From a virus (Duplodnaviria > Caudoviricetes), in the IMG/VR virus record IMGVR_UViG_3300027754_004386, positions 1 to 62,652 of that record: a stretch of 62,652 nucleotides of DNA; one strand, 5' to 3'. The position numbers and the translations under genes are program-made. Under the pieces are notes generated by a model, which saw only the letters and a program-made list of their open reading frames with translations, did not search any database and was not told where the DNA came from. Below are positions 9,301 through 17,240 of this stretch, in pieces. Position 1 is the first letter of the stretch. Each line of letters opens with the position of its first letter.

Positions 9301-10916
9301 ACTGAAAGACTAGCAGCAGCTGAATCAGCCAATGTAGTGATTGCGTTGTTGATATCACCGTCAGCTGATTGGAACGCTCCAACGATCTCAGTTAATGAGT
9401 CAATTGCCGCAGGGTCAACGTTAGATGTGATGAAATCAATTTGATTTTGTAGAGATAAATCTCCAGCAACTCTGAAAGATGCTTCAGCTGTATCAGCGTT
9501 GTTCATTGCAGTTTCTAAGCTGTTGTCAGCTGCCAAACGGATAGATGCTTCAGTTGAATCAGCATCAGCCATTGCTGTTGCCAATGAACCTTCAGCAGCC
9601 ATTGCTCTTGATTCTTCAGCGTCAACGTCTGAGATTCTTGCAGATACTTCAGAAGAAAGGTTGTTAGTCAATACTAACTCAGCAGCCATTGCTCTTGATT
9701 CCTCAGCATCAACGTCAGCGATACGAGCAGATACTTCAGAAGAAAGTCCTGAAGCTAAAGAAGCGTCACCTGATACTCTTGCAGATGCCTCAGCAGATAC
9801 TGCAGATGTTCTATTAACGATTTCAGAAGAAAGACCTGTAGCGATTGAAGCGTCAGCAGATGCACGAGCAACTTTTTCAGTTGACAATTCAGCGGCTCTA
9901 ACTGATGCTTCAGCTAAGATAGCTGCAGTTGCTGTAGATGTAGCGGAAGACAAATCAGATGCTAATGAGTTATCACCAGCAACACGAGCAGATGCTTCAG
10001 CAGATACTGCAGATGTTCTGTTAACAACTTCAGAAGATAAATCAGAAGTCAATGAACCTTCAGCAGCTGTAGCACGAGATGCTTCAGCAGATACTGCAGC
10101 TTCTCTGTTTGCTACTTCTGTAGACAAATCAGCGTTAACTGAAGCGTCACCTGAAATACGAGCAGCTTCTTCCAAAGATACTGCACCTTCACGGTCAGCG
10201 ATTTCTGAAGAAAGATCTCCAGCGATTGATTGGTCAGCAGCTAAACGAATAGATGCTTCGTTATCGACTGCTGTAGTTGCAGCTGTAGCTAATGATGTGA
10301 TAGCACCGTTTAGGTCACCATCAGCTGATTGGAACGCTCCAACGATTTCAGTCAATGAATCAATTGCAGCAGGATCTACGTTAGAGATAACGAATTCTAC
10401 TTTAGTGTCTAATGAAGCCTCAGCTGATTCAGCACGAGCGATTTCAGTTGACAATGCAGCATCGATTGAAGCATCAGCAACACTCATTGCAGCAGCTACT
10501 GACTCATCACCTACAACACGTAAAGATGCTTCAGCATCGATGTTGTTTTGTAATGAAGTTTCAGCAACCATTGCACGTGATTCCTCAGCGTCAACGTCTG
10601 CTTCACGGTTAGCAACTTCTGTAGAAAGGTCAACTGCAAGAGATGAATCACCAGCAACTCTTCTAGATTCTTCTATTGATATTGAATCTTCTAGTTTTGA
10701 TTTTGCTGCTGTTAAAGCAGTATCAACAGATGCATCACCAGAGATGCGGTTAGATACCTCAGTGGACATTACGTCAGATACGTTTGTATCAATGGATGTT
10801 ACAACGGATTGTAAACCATCAATATCCGCAACGACGATACCAACTGGGGCAGTAATTTGTGCGTTGTCCAATATTAAATCGGACTGTCTATTTAAGACTA
10901 TTTTAGTTTCTGCCAT
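6345..10916 (-). CDS. Very long acidic Ala/Ser/Glu-rich coiled-coil fibre protein
   Basis: Many copies of EVSARIADVDAEESRAMAAEGSL-type repeats, four DPAA(I/L)DSLTEIVxAFQSADGD interruptions (like the LDTLxEIxxA phage fibre motif), two DLTAIDSFAEVSDAV interruptions and a small C-terminal beta domain. Confidence 0.75.
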   Translation of the reverse strand: MAETKIVLNRQSDLILDNAQITAPVGIVVADIDGLQSVVTSIDTNVSDVMSTEVSNRISGDASVDTALTAAKSKLEDSISIEESRRVAGDSSLAVDLSTEVANREADVDAEESRAMVAETSLQNNIDAEASLRVVGDESVAAAMSVADASIDAALSTEIARAESAEASLDTKVEFVISNVDPAAIDSLTEIVGAFQSADGDLNGAITSLATAATTAVDNEASIRLAADQSIAGDLSSEIADREGAVSLEEAARISGDASVNADLSTEVANREAAVSAEASRATAAEGSLTSDLSSEVVNRTSAVSAEASARVAGDNSLASDLSSATSTATAAILAEASVRAAELSTEKVARASADASIATGLSSEIVNRTSAVSAEASARVSGDASLASGLSSEVSARIADVDAEESRAMAAELVLTNNLSSEVSARISDVDAEESRAMAAEGSLATAMADADSTEASIRLAADNSLETAMNNADTAEASFRVAGDLSLQNQIDFITSNVDPAAIDSLTEIVGAFQSADGDINNAITTLADSAAASLSVEVARATSAEGSLASGLSSETSARIADVDAEESRAIAAEGSLANYIAAEHSEHIANELSIVTAMEAADSAEASMRVAGDASLATALYEEIAARVDYVDSEQSRAESAENSLSINLSTEVSLRTNSINKEASERISADVSLENAMNAADSAEASLRVVGDASLASDLSSEASRATAAEGSLETKIGTDLSNANASVDSAISAEASTRVVGEISLQNNIDAEASLRVADVDAEESRAIAAEGSLASDLASEASRATSAELSLNTKVDFVISNTDPAALDSLTEIVGAFQSADGDINNAITTLASAATLAVDNEASIRLAADQSLAGDLSTEVADREAAISTEEVARISGDASVALDLSSEVQARISDVNAEETRAMSVEAVLSSDLSAETAHRESDVSTEASYRVAADGSLASNLSSEVSARIADVDAEESRAMVAEGSLATSLSNEVSARIADVDAEESRAIAAEGSLSTKITTDLSAANASIDSALSTEVSARIADVDAEESRAMAAEGSLASDLADETSRAMDAEVSLENSLSTEISDRVVAIDNEASTRLAADQSLESSLETEIIERVSADLSLTNALDSESSMRVEGDQSLQNQIDFITSNIDPAALDSLTEIVSAFQSADGDINNAITTLADAAAASLSVEVARATSVEAVLSADLSTEVSDRVVAIDNEASIRLAADQSLSSDLSAEVSTRIDQVNAVDYARQIAEQSLAADLSAEISRAQDAEASLATELSYEVSYLIANTDLTAIDSFAEVSDAVSAEESARLAADQSLADSLTTEIAALADVDGTTIVLNGDTNQIELKEEVAAPASGIRTFLGEVDVETILKVGGVDVMAEISSEISRAEAAEASLATELSYEVSYLIANTDLTAIDSFAEVSDAVMSVETSVNNLSNNTGNFVIDNRPTMVGFNESPDGIATSFTAYVHPNTELVFINGLVQLSGMSFAYTQNGGITVTFDNAPAATDVINIYGVPSGTSFGGVN

Positions 10917-11155
10917 TTTTTTATATTTTAAAATTTATGGTTTTAATGTGATACTTTTTCACTAATAGGTATAAAAACCTCTTGACTGATAAATTTAAAT
11001 AGGAATACGTTGACTTGAGGGCATAAAAAAATATTCACGTCCAATCACTGAATACAAATAAGGGTTTTAAATAAGAGATATGAATAAGGAATATAAATAT
11101 TGTCAGATAACTGACTTTTTAATATAAATATCACGAACTTTAGCAAAAGTTCAAT
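10917..11155 (-). promoter_or_regulatory. Long leader or control region of the fibre operon
   Basis: Two TATTTATA boxes on the minus strand (11092-11099, 11123-11130), three AATAAG repeats 13 bp apart (11057, 11070, 11083), two TTGACT (10982, 11010) and several short hairpins. Confidence 0.5.
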
Positions 11156-11395
11156 TTAGGCTAAATTATATATTAAATTTTTTAAATTTTTAATTGAGTT
11201 AGCATATAACAAAGGTTCACAATTACCTTCACCATTTAAATAATCAACTATTAGGTCATTTAATAAGTTATCCACCCCAAAAATAAAGTTAGCTTTATTT
11301 CTATTTTTTTCTACGGACATTTTATAACCTTTTAATTTTAAAAATGCCGCCAAATAAAGGTCGGATGTTGAGTATGTTGAGTTTTCTTGTTCCAT
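11156..11395 (-). CDS. Small hypothetical protein (DUF5659-like)
   Basis: 79 aa. The pattern TSDLYLAAFL..KG...FIF...Y.NG...IKNLK recalls DUF5659. Preceded by a TATTTATA box. Confidence 0.55.
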   Translation of the reverse strand: MEQENSTYSTSDLYLAAFLKLKGYKMSVEKNRNKANFIFGVDNLLNDLIVDYLNGEGNCEPLLYANSIKNLKNLIYNLA

Positions 11396-11433
11396 CTTTT
11401 GTTTCTAATTCTTTTTATAAATATGACACTATA

Positions 11434-11928
11434 TTAAAAAGTTCTGTAACTACATTTTAATTTCATACCTGGATAAGGTGGAATTAAAAATGTAATAAAC
11501 TTACCGTCTATTAAATAATCCCCATCCTCATCTGAATCCTGTAATAACCCATTTAAATATAAATGTTCTGAATTTGGTATCGGGTCATATAAAAGTTCAA
11601 ATGTTGTGTTTTCACCATCAATTAAACCCATAGGGATTTCTTTATCTACATGGGCAATTTTTGTAAAATCAATTTCAATCCAGTCATCAATTAAACCTAC
11701 CCATTCTACATCTTTTAATTTATAATAAATTGTACCACCACTAACACCAACGATCATCCCTGATCTTCTTCTATCTTCAGGAATGTCGTTTAGATCCTCT
11801 ATCGTCTCTACGTTTCTTAAACCATCAATACCATATAACGGGTCAATTACCGCATAGGTGTCTCTAGTATCCAATGGACTAATAAAGCCCATTACGCCTA
11901 TACCGCCGTTAGTGTCAAATTTTACCAT
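11434..11928 (-). CDS. Putative virion structural or fibre-associated protein
   Basis: IPEDRRRSGMIVGV motif, and a C-terminal DGENTTF...LYLNGLLQ...DY...ITF..PP domain similar to the C-terminus of the 1523-aa fibre. Confidence 0.55.
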   Translation of the reverse strand: MVKFDTNGGIGVMGFISPLDTRDTYAVIDPLYGIDGLRNVETIEDLNDIPEDRRRSGMIVGVSGGTIYYKLKDVEWVGLIDDWIEIDFTKIAHVDKEIPMGLIDGENTTFELLYDPIPNSEHLYLNGLLQDSDEDGDYLIDGKFITFLIPPYPGMKLKCSYRTF

Positions 11929-11943
11929 TTACATATAAATTTT

Positions 11944-14619
11944 TCAATCACAGACCCATACATCAACACTTGAATATGTTGATACAAATGATCTATATAC
12001 ATAATAAATAATCTCATTTCCAGATTCGTCTAAAATATTTAATGTTTCTGTATTAATAAATGGAATAATAAATCCATCACAACCCGCTTCACTATCCCTA
12101 AATGTCTCAGGTTGAGCGAATGATTCAGGTATTAATAAATAACAATATCCTTGCTCTGACCTATAATTTAAATAAGTTGATAATATATTAGAAGTCGTTA
12201 ACTCATCCAACAAATCAACGTAAGTATTATCAATAACTTTTTTATTAATTTTACCATAATATACTTTTGACTGTACAACTGTAGGTGTAGGTGTTGGTGT
12301 CGGAGTAGGTGTAGGTGTTATTGTTTCTGTTGGTGTCACGGTTTCTGTCGGTGTTGGCGTCGGAGTTGGAGTAACAGTAGGTGTTGGCGTCGGAGTTGGT
12401 AATACTGGTGTTTCATATATTACCATATCTTTTTCAATTACGTGATTTACTCTAATATTATTATTGCCCATTGTTACAAATGGTGGCCTTAGGATCGTAT
12501 TGTCAACTAATAAACCATAATCGTGATCTAATGTTAGTGTTTCAGATGCACTTATTTGTCCTTTAGGTATGACAATATCACCTATAAGGTTTATTGGGTC
12601 GCCACTTATAACATTAAGTGTTACGTTATACCCAACTGTCGTATCGGCAGGTACCACAACATCGTTATTTACGGTAACTTTAACCACTATACTACCTTGA
12701 GATATTTCAACAACCGTATGTATGTTAAGTAATATAAATGTTTCAGAGCAAGTAGGACAACTATAATCAAATAAGTCAAATTTATTTTTTAATATTCTTG
12801 TATTGTGTTGTATTTGTGTAAAATCTAATGGTTCGGTGTACATTCTAAATTGAGAAATACCTCCCATAAATGTTCCACCAAAGTTTTCTTCAAGTAAAAT
12901 ATTGGTAGAAAGACCACTTAATGTTGTTGCTGATAAAATATTATTCGGAAAAAGTTCAGGGTCTTGCATATATGGACCATAAGGTTCCGTACAAGATGAA
13001 AAAATTAAATGATCGTGAAGACCTTGAGTTCCTCCCCCAAATGAAACATTAAAAGGAACCCCAATTTGTTTTTCTTTTTCTGTGTTTAATTCTCTTGGTA
13101 TTATCTCTTCAAAATCATCAATTATCATAAAAAGATAACCATTAACAAAAAGTTTTAATGTTCCTAATCTATAATCAATCTGATCAAACCATTTTTTATT
13201 AAATCCTATTTTATGAATTTTTGGTTCAAGTACAGATCCAGGATGTGTTTCAGGTGGTCCAATAAGTTTATATGACTTTCCATCTATTGATGATTGAGTT
13301 GTTATTTTTCTTAAATCATTTAACCCACCCAAATTCTCTAAATCACAATTTTCAATATTTTTATATCTTTCAAAAACTGCACTTATCATAACCCATTTAT
13401 CGGGTATAATGTCTCCACATTCGGTATTACATATATCATATATTGGATTAGATGAGTAATCATTTATTGTATATCCCGTTTGATAAGTTAATCCACTTGT
13501 TTCACAAGATCCTGTTGTTACACAAGATCCGGTTATTTTTATATATCTTACAGCAATACTTGGATTTTCAGCACAACCCTCAAATCTAAATGAAAGTCCA
13601 TTTGATAAAACATCAAACTTTGGGTCAGTCTCTGGTAATGGTACTTTTTCAGTACTTGTACAACCACAATTACAATCTAAATTATGAATAGTAGTGTACC
13701 CACTATTTGGATAAACATTAACACAATCTGAATCTGTTACTCCGGTATTATAACATGCACAAGATTTTACACAAGATAGTTCACTTGTGTTTCTTGTATA
13801 TCCACTATCTGACAATGGTGAACCACCATAATTATGATAAAATTTGTTTTCAGCCCTTGTACCAAAATAGAAAAATGTACCAGCATTTTCGGGATACCTA
13901 TTATTAAGATATTCTTCAGTAGAGTTATCAATATAATATTCATCTTCAATTCTTGGCTTTAAAACCATTTCAACCGTCCACCCTTTATTTACTCTTTCGG
14001 GGAAAACTTCATAATCGTATCCGTTTAATTTATAAAATCCTTGATAAAACCCCCCATATAATTCTTGATAATACCCTGCGGTTGGATCATCCTTATAAAC
14101 TATATTATATATTGTTTGTTTTGGTCTTCCTGAAAAAACAACATTCGGTAAGTTTGTGTATCCCGTAACAGGATGCATTTTAAATCTTCTATCTCTATAA
14201 TGAGGATCAAACTTATGAGTATCATCTATACCCATTGTAAAATATAATGTTTGACCCGTTAAAGAATTATATAATCCGTTGTCAGTTCCAACAAGACCCA
14301 CATCACAGGTTTCAGTATATGATGTTAAACAAGATAAATCTAAATAATTTGGATTATAATAATTTTTTGATACTAAAGTATTTCCCGAAATATAATCACC
14401 AAAATTTATTGTTGGTTGGGTGTTTGTTAAATTATTATTTAAATCTATAAAAATTGGTAATCTATTACCATCATCTTCTCCAATTAGTTTTGTTGAAAAC
14501 ACAACTTCTTCGTCATATCCCCTTTCATCAGAAGATAAAGTTAAATCAAAATTACGGTTATAGTCTAACTTTAATGAATAATTTGGTCTATAAAAAGAAT
14601 TTAAATTTTGACTCGGCAT
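11944..14619 (-). CDS. Large putative structural protein with a split LamG-like fold, Cys-rich inserts and a PT linker
   Basis: WTVEMVLK...LKLFVNG...FMGGISQFRMYTEPL LamG-like elements and a (PT)n tract near the C-terminus. Confidence 0.6.
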   Translation of the reverse strand: MPSQNLNSFYRPNYSLKLDYNRNFDLTLSSDERGYDEEVVFSTKLIGEDDGNRLPIFIDLNNNLTNTQPTINFGDYISGNTLVSKNYYNPNYLDLSCLTSYTETCDVGLVGTDNGLYNSLTGQTLYFTMGIDDTHKFDPHYRDRRFKMHPVTGYTNLPNVVFSGRPKQTIYNIVYKDDPTAGYYQELYGGFYQGFYKLNGYDYEVFPERVNKGWTVEMVLKPRIEDEYYIDNSTEEYLNNRYPENAGTFFYFGTRAENKFYHNYGGSPLSDSGYTRNTSELSCVKSCACYNTGVTDSDCVNVYPNSGYTTIHNLDCNCGCTSTEKVPLPETDPKFDVLSNGLSFRFEGCAENPSIAVRYIKITGSCVTTGSCETSGLTYQTGYTINDYSSNPIYDICNTECGDIIPDKWVMISAVFERYKNIENCDLENLGGLNDLRKITTQSSIDGKSYKLIGPPETHPGSVLEPKIHKIGFNKKWFDQIDYRLGTLKLFVNGYLFMIIDDFEEIIPRELNTEKEKQIGVPFNVSFGGGTQGLHDHLIFSSCTEPYGPYMQDPELFPNNILSATTLSGLSTNILLEENFGGTFMGGISQFRMYTEPLDFTQIQHNTRILKNKFDLFDYSCPTCSETFILLNIHTVVEISQGSIVVKVTVNNDVVVPADTTVGYNVTLNVISGDPINLIGDIVIPKGQISASETLTLDHDYGLLVDNTILRPPFVTMGNNNIRVNHVIEKDMVIYETPVLPTPTPTPTVTPTPTPTPTETVTPTETITPTPTPTPTPTPTVVQSKVYYGKINKKVIDNTYVDLLDELTTSNILSTYLNYRSEQGYCYLLIPESFAQPETFRDSEAGCDGFIIPFINTETLNILDESGNEIIYYVYRSFVSTYSSVDVWVCD

Positions 14620-14631
14620 TTCTTTTTTTAT

Positions 14632-14659
14632 GATAAATAGTTAGTGATAAGTATTTATA
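14632..14659. promoter_or_regulatory. Back-to-back candidate late promoters (TATTTAT on each strand)
   Basis: Minus-strand TATTTATC (14632-14639) faces the gene starting at 14619. Plus-strand TATTTATA (14652-14659) faces the gene starting at 14673. Confidence 0.65.
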
Positions 14660-14672
14660 GGTAAAACCCCTA

Positions 14673-15395
14673 ATGAAAACATATAAATATTCAACAAAAG
14701 AAAGAGCTGAAAGAGTTGCAAAATCTTTAGGATGTAGTGGTTCTCATACTCACAATGAGGATGAGAATAAAAAATACATGCCGTGTAAAGATATGAAAAC
14801 GTTTAAAGAAAAAACAAAAAAAGGTAAAGAAGAGGAGGTTACTGAACTTGTTGATGACGACGGGACAATGCTTACATCAAAAATTCCTATTACGGATCCT
14901 GCAAGTACGGGTACGGTTGGAAACCCAACAACAACCGACACCAAAGTTGGTATGCAAAGAGTACCTAGAGACCCACTTTTAAGGGGTGTTTATGGTTATT
15001 ATGGTGAATCACATATTAGAGAAGAAGATATGGAAGGGGCGTTTGGTTTTGAAGATACAAAATTTATGGACTATAAAGACACCGTAAAGTACTACCAAAA
15101 AGAGTTAGATATGGATAAAGATTCTGCAATTGAAAGAACGGTTCAACAAGGAAAAAAACCAAATCTTCAAAAAAGAGCACCAAAAAATATTAAAAAGAAA
15201 AAAAACTTTATTGATCGTTTAATATTAAAGGAAAAAGAAATAGAAGAAGATAAAATTGTAAATAAAACTTCAATATCTGATGTTGACTCTCCCGCGTCTA
15301 AAATATTAAAAAAGAATATTTCAGCATTAAAGAGTATGGCAGAAAAAGAAGGGTTAAGTTTAAATGATTTAATTAGATTTTTAAAAAATGAATAG
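14673..15395 (+). CDS. Hypothetical protein with an N-terminal DUF3721-like Cys/His motif
   Basis: AKSLGCSGSHTH...YMPC resembles the GC.G.H...WMPC motif of DUF3721. Confidence 0.55.
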   Translation: MKTYKYSTKERAERVAKSLGCSGSHTHNEDENKKYMPCKDMKTFKEKTKKGKEEEVTELVDDDGTMLTSKIPITDPASTGTVGNPTTTDTKVGMQRVPRDPLLRGVYGYYGESHIREEDMEGAFGFEDTKFMDYKDTVKYYQKELDMDKDSAIERTVQQGKKPNLQKRAPKNIKKKKNFIDRLILKEKEIEEDKIVNKTSISDVDSPASKILKKNISALKSMAEKEGLSLNDLIRFLKNE

Positions 15396-15867
15396 TCAAC
15401 TTTATAATAGAAAGGCAAAACTTCCCGACTCTTTAGTTAAACATTTAGAGAAATCTTTTAATTCTATGGGGTCAGACACAAATGTTGAGGGTCATAATAG
15501 AAATAAAGAATTAAGGGAAACGGGAGTTGCAACTTATCAACAGATCAAAAGAATTAAAAATTGGTTTGATTCTTATAATGGAAATAAAGAAGATGTCCCT
15601 TTTATTTTAAATGGTGGTGATAGAATGAATACTTGGTGTGATGAAGTATTAAATGTTTGGAGAAATAGCACTGAAGGTGGAAAAGAAATTAAAAAAGACA
15701 CCGGAATGATGAATCAATATAATGATGAACACACAAGAGATAATTTAAATATTGCCGACACCCATTCATCTACCGTTGATAATTTAAAAATTGAATCAAT
15801 AAAAGAAGATATAAAAAGAATAAATAAACTAATAAAAAATACAAATTATGCCGGTACAAAGCGATAA
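15388..15867 (+). CDS. Hypothetical phage protein
   Basis: 159-aa ORF overlapping both neighbours in an operon. Confidence 0.65.
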   Translation: MNSQLYNRKAKLPDSLVKHLEKSFNSMGSDTNVEGHNRNKELRETGVATYQQIKRIKNWFDSYNGNKEDVPFILNGGDRMNTWCDEVLNVWRNSTEGGKEIKKDTGMMNQYNDEHTRDNLNIADTHSSTVDNLKIESIKEDIKRINKLIKNTNYAGTKR

Positions 15868-16144
15868 AATGGATTTTTCTCAACCAGAGAACGAATTATC
15901 AATGATAGCAGAACAGCAAAGAGCCAAACTTTTCCCTAAAAATGACTTTTCACCTGAAAGTGATAGTTATTCTTCGGTACATCCAGATGCATTAGCAACG
16001 GGAGACAATAAAGGTAGAGGAAACGGAATTGAATTAGACGTATATAGTGAAAACATAGGAACATCTAGTGATATTAATGCAAGAAAAGAAGAATTGAAAG
16101 TTAACAAATATTCACAAAATAACCCATACTACGTTGTTAAATAA
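15848..16144 (+). CDS. Hypothetical phage protein
   Basis: 98-aa ORF in a tightly packed operon. Confidence 0.6.
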   Translation: MPVQSDKMDFSQPENELSMIAEQQRAKLFPKNDFSPESDSYSSVHPDALATGDNKGRGNGIELDVYSENIGTSSDINARKEELKVNKYSQNNPYYVVK

Positions 16145-16552
16145 ATGAAACTACTCGGATCGTTAAAAAGTTTAATTACTGAAATCGCAGCAATTGACGA
16201 TATGCAAAATGGTATTAAACAAAAAATGGTAATGATTATTAATTATAACGACGATAAACCTGAGGCGAGAGGTTATAGAACAATAGAGCCGGTTTGTTTA
16301 GGTTATAGTAAAGCAGGGAATTTAGTATTAAGGGCTTGGGAAAGAGAAGGTGCATCATATTCAGCAGCAAAAGAAGGTAACATTCTTCCTGGTTGGAGAT
16401 TGTTTAGAGTTGATAAAATATTGACTTTTAAACCGACTATGGATAACTTTATAGAGATGAGACCGAATTATAATCCAAATGGTGATAATTCTATGTCTAG
16501 TGTAATTGTAAATGCCACCTTTGGTGATGAACCTGAAGAAAACATAACGTAA
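16145..16552 (+). CDS. Stand-alone WYL-domain protein
   Basis: RTIEPVCLG...LRAW...GWRLFRVDKI matches the WYL SH3-like pattern R.VEP..L....L.A......R.FR.DRI. Confidence 0.75.
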   Translation: MKLLGSLKSLITEIAAIDDMQNGIKQKMVMIINYNDDKPEARGYRTIEPVCLGYSKAGNLVLRAWEREGASYSAAKEGNILPGWRLFRVDKILTFKPTMDNFIEMRPNYNPNGDNSMSSVIVNATFGDEPEENIT

Positions 16553-16553
16553 T

Positions 16554-17156
16554 ATGAGTAGTTTAATGGAAAAATTGGCCCTTTCTAAAAAGATAATGGA
16601 AAGAAGCGAGGAAATAAAAAGGGGTGAGGTTAGATCAACAACTCCTATGGTTGAAAATTTTGAGCCTGTAAATGCTGGGTACAATATTCCTGAAGAATAT
16701 TTAAGTGAAGCTCCGACACAAAGAATAACGGATACCACCGCATTACCAACACAGGATAGAATAATAAATTCTAAACTACCTGATGAAATTAAAAGGTTGA
16801 TGATTGAAAATCCAATTGAAAAACCATCATCAACTGGACCAACAATTTCAAACGAAGTCATTGAAGGGGCTCAAAGACTCATGAAAAAAGATAAAATATC
16901 AGATTTACCAACATCTCAAACACCAAAACAAAAAATATCAGAAAATCATTCATCGTCTAATTTTAATATGGGTGAATTAAAAACTATGATTAGAGATGTA
17001 GTGAGAGATACCGTAAGAGATGTTGTAAGAGAAGAACTAAAACAAGCAGGTATGATTGTTGAATCAACTCAAAACTCAAACGAATCTATACAATTTAAAG
17101 TAGGGCAACACCTATTTATTGGTAAGGTTACAAAAATCAAAAAGTTAGAAAAATAA
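16554..17156 (+). CDS. Hypothetical phage protein
   Basis: 200-aa ORF followed by a terminator. Confidence 0.65.
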   Translation: MSSLMEKLALSKKIMERSEEIKRGEVRSTTPMVENFEPVNAGYNIPEEYLSEAPTQRITDTTALPTQDRIINSKLPDEIKRLMIENPIEKPSSTGPTISNEVIEGAQRLMKKDKISDLPTSQTPKQKISENHSSSNFNMGELKTMIRDVVRDTVRDVVREELKQAGMIVESTQNSNESIQFKVGQHLFIGKVTKIKKLEK

Positions 17157-17175
17157 CATTAAAATTAAATTTTCC

Positions 17176-17202
17176 AATCCACCTCAAAAGGGTGGATTTT
17201 TT
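17176..17202 (+). terminator. Intrinsic terminator
   Basis: AATCCACC/GGTGGATT stem followed by a T run, just after the stop at 17156. Confidence 0.8.
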
Positions 17203-17240
17203 GTTTTATAATGGTTATTATTTGTTTAAAAGAAAATATA

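Noticed and set aside
6345-10916. The 1523-aa protein as the tape measure protein
   Set aside because: It is strongly acidic with fibre-type knuckle motifs, lacks the hydrophobic or aromatic periodic segments usual in tape measures, and is not beside tail tube or chaperone genes. This is not fully excluded.
7408-10965. Long plus-strand ORFs (231, 232 and 488 aa) antisense to the fibre gene
   Set aside because: These are shadow frames caused by the repetitive GCT/GAA/TCT codon usage of the real minus-strand gene. They mirror its repeats and have no plausible starts.
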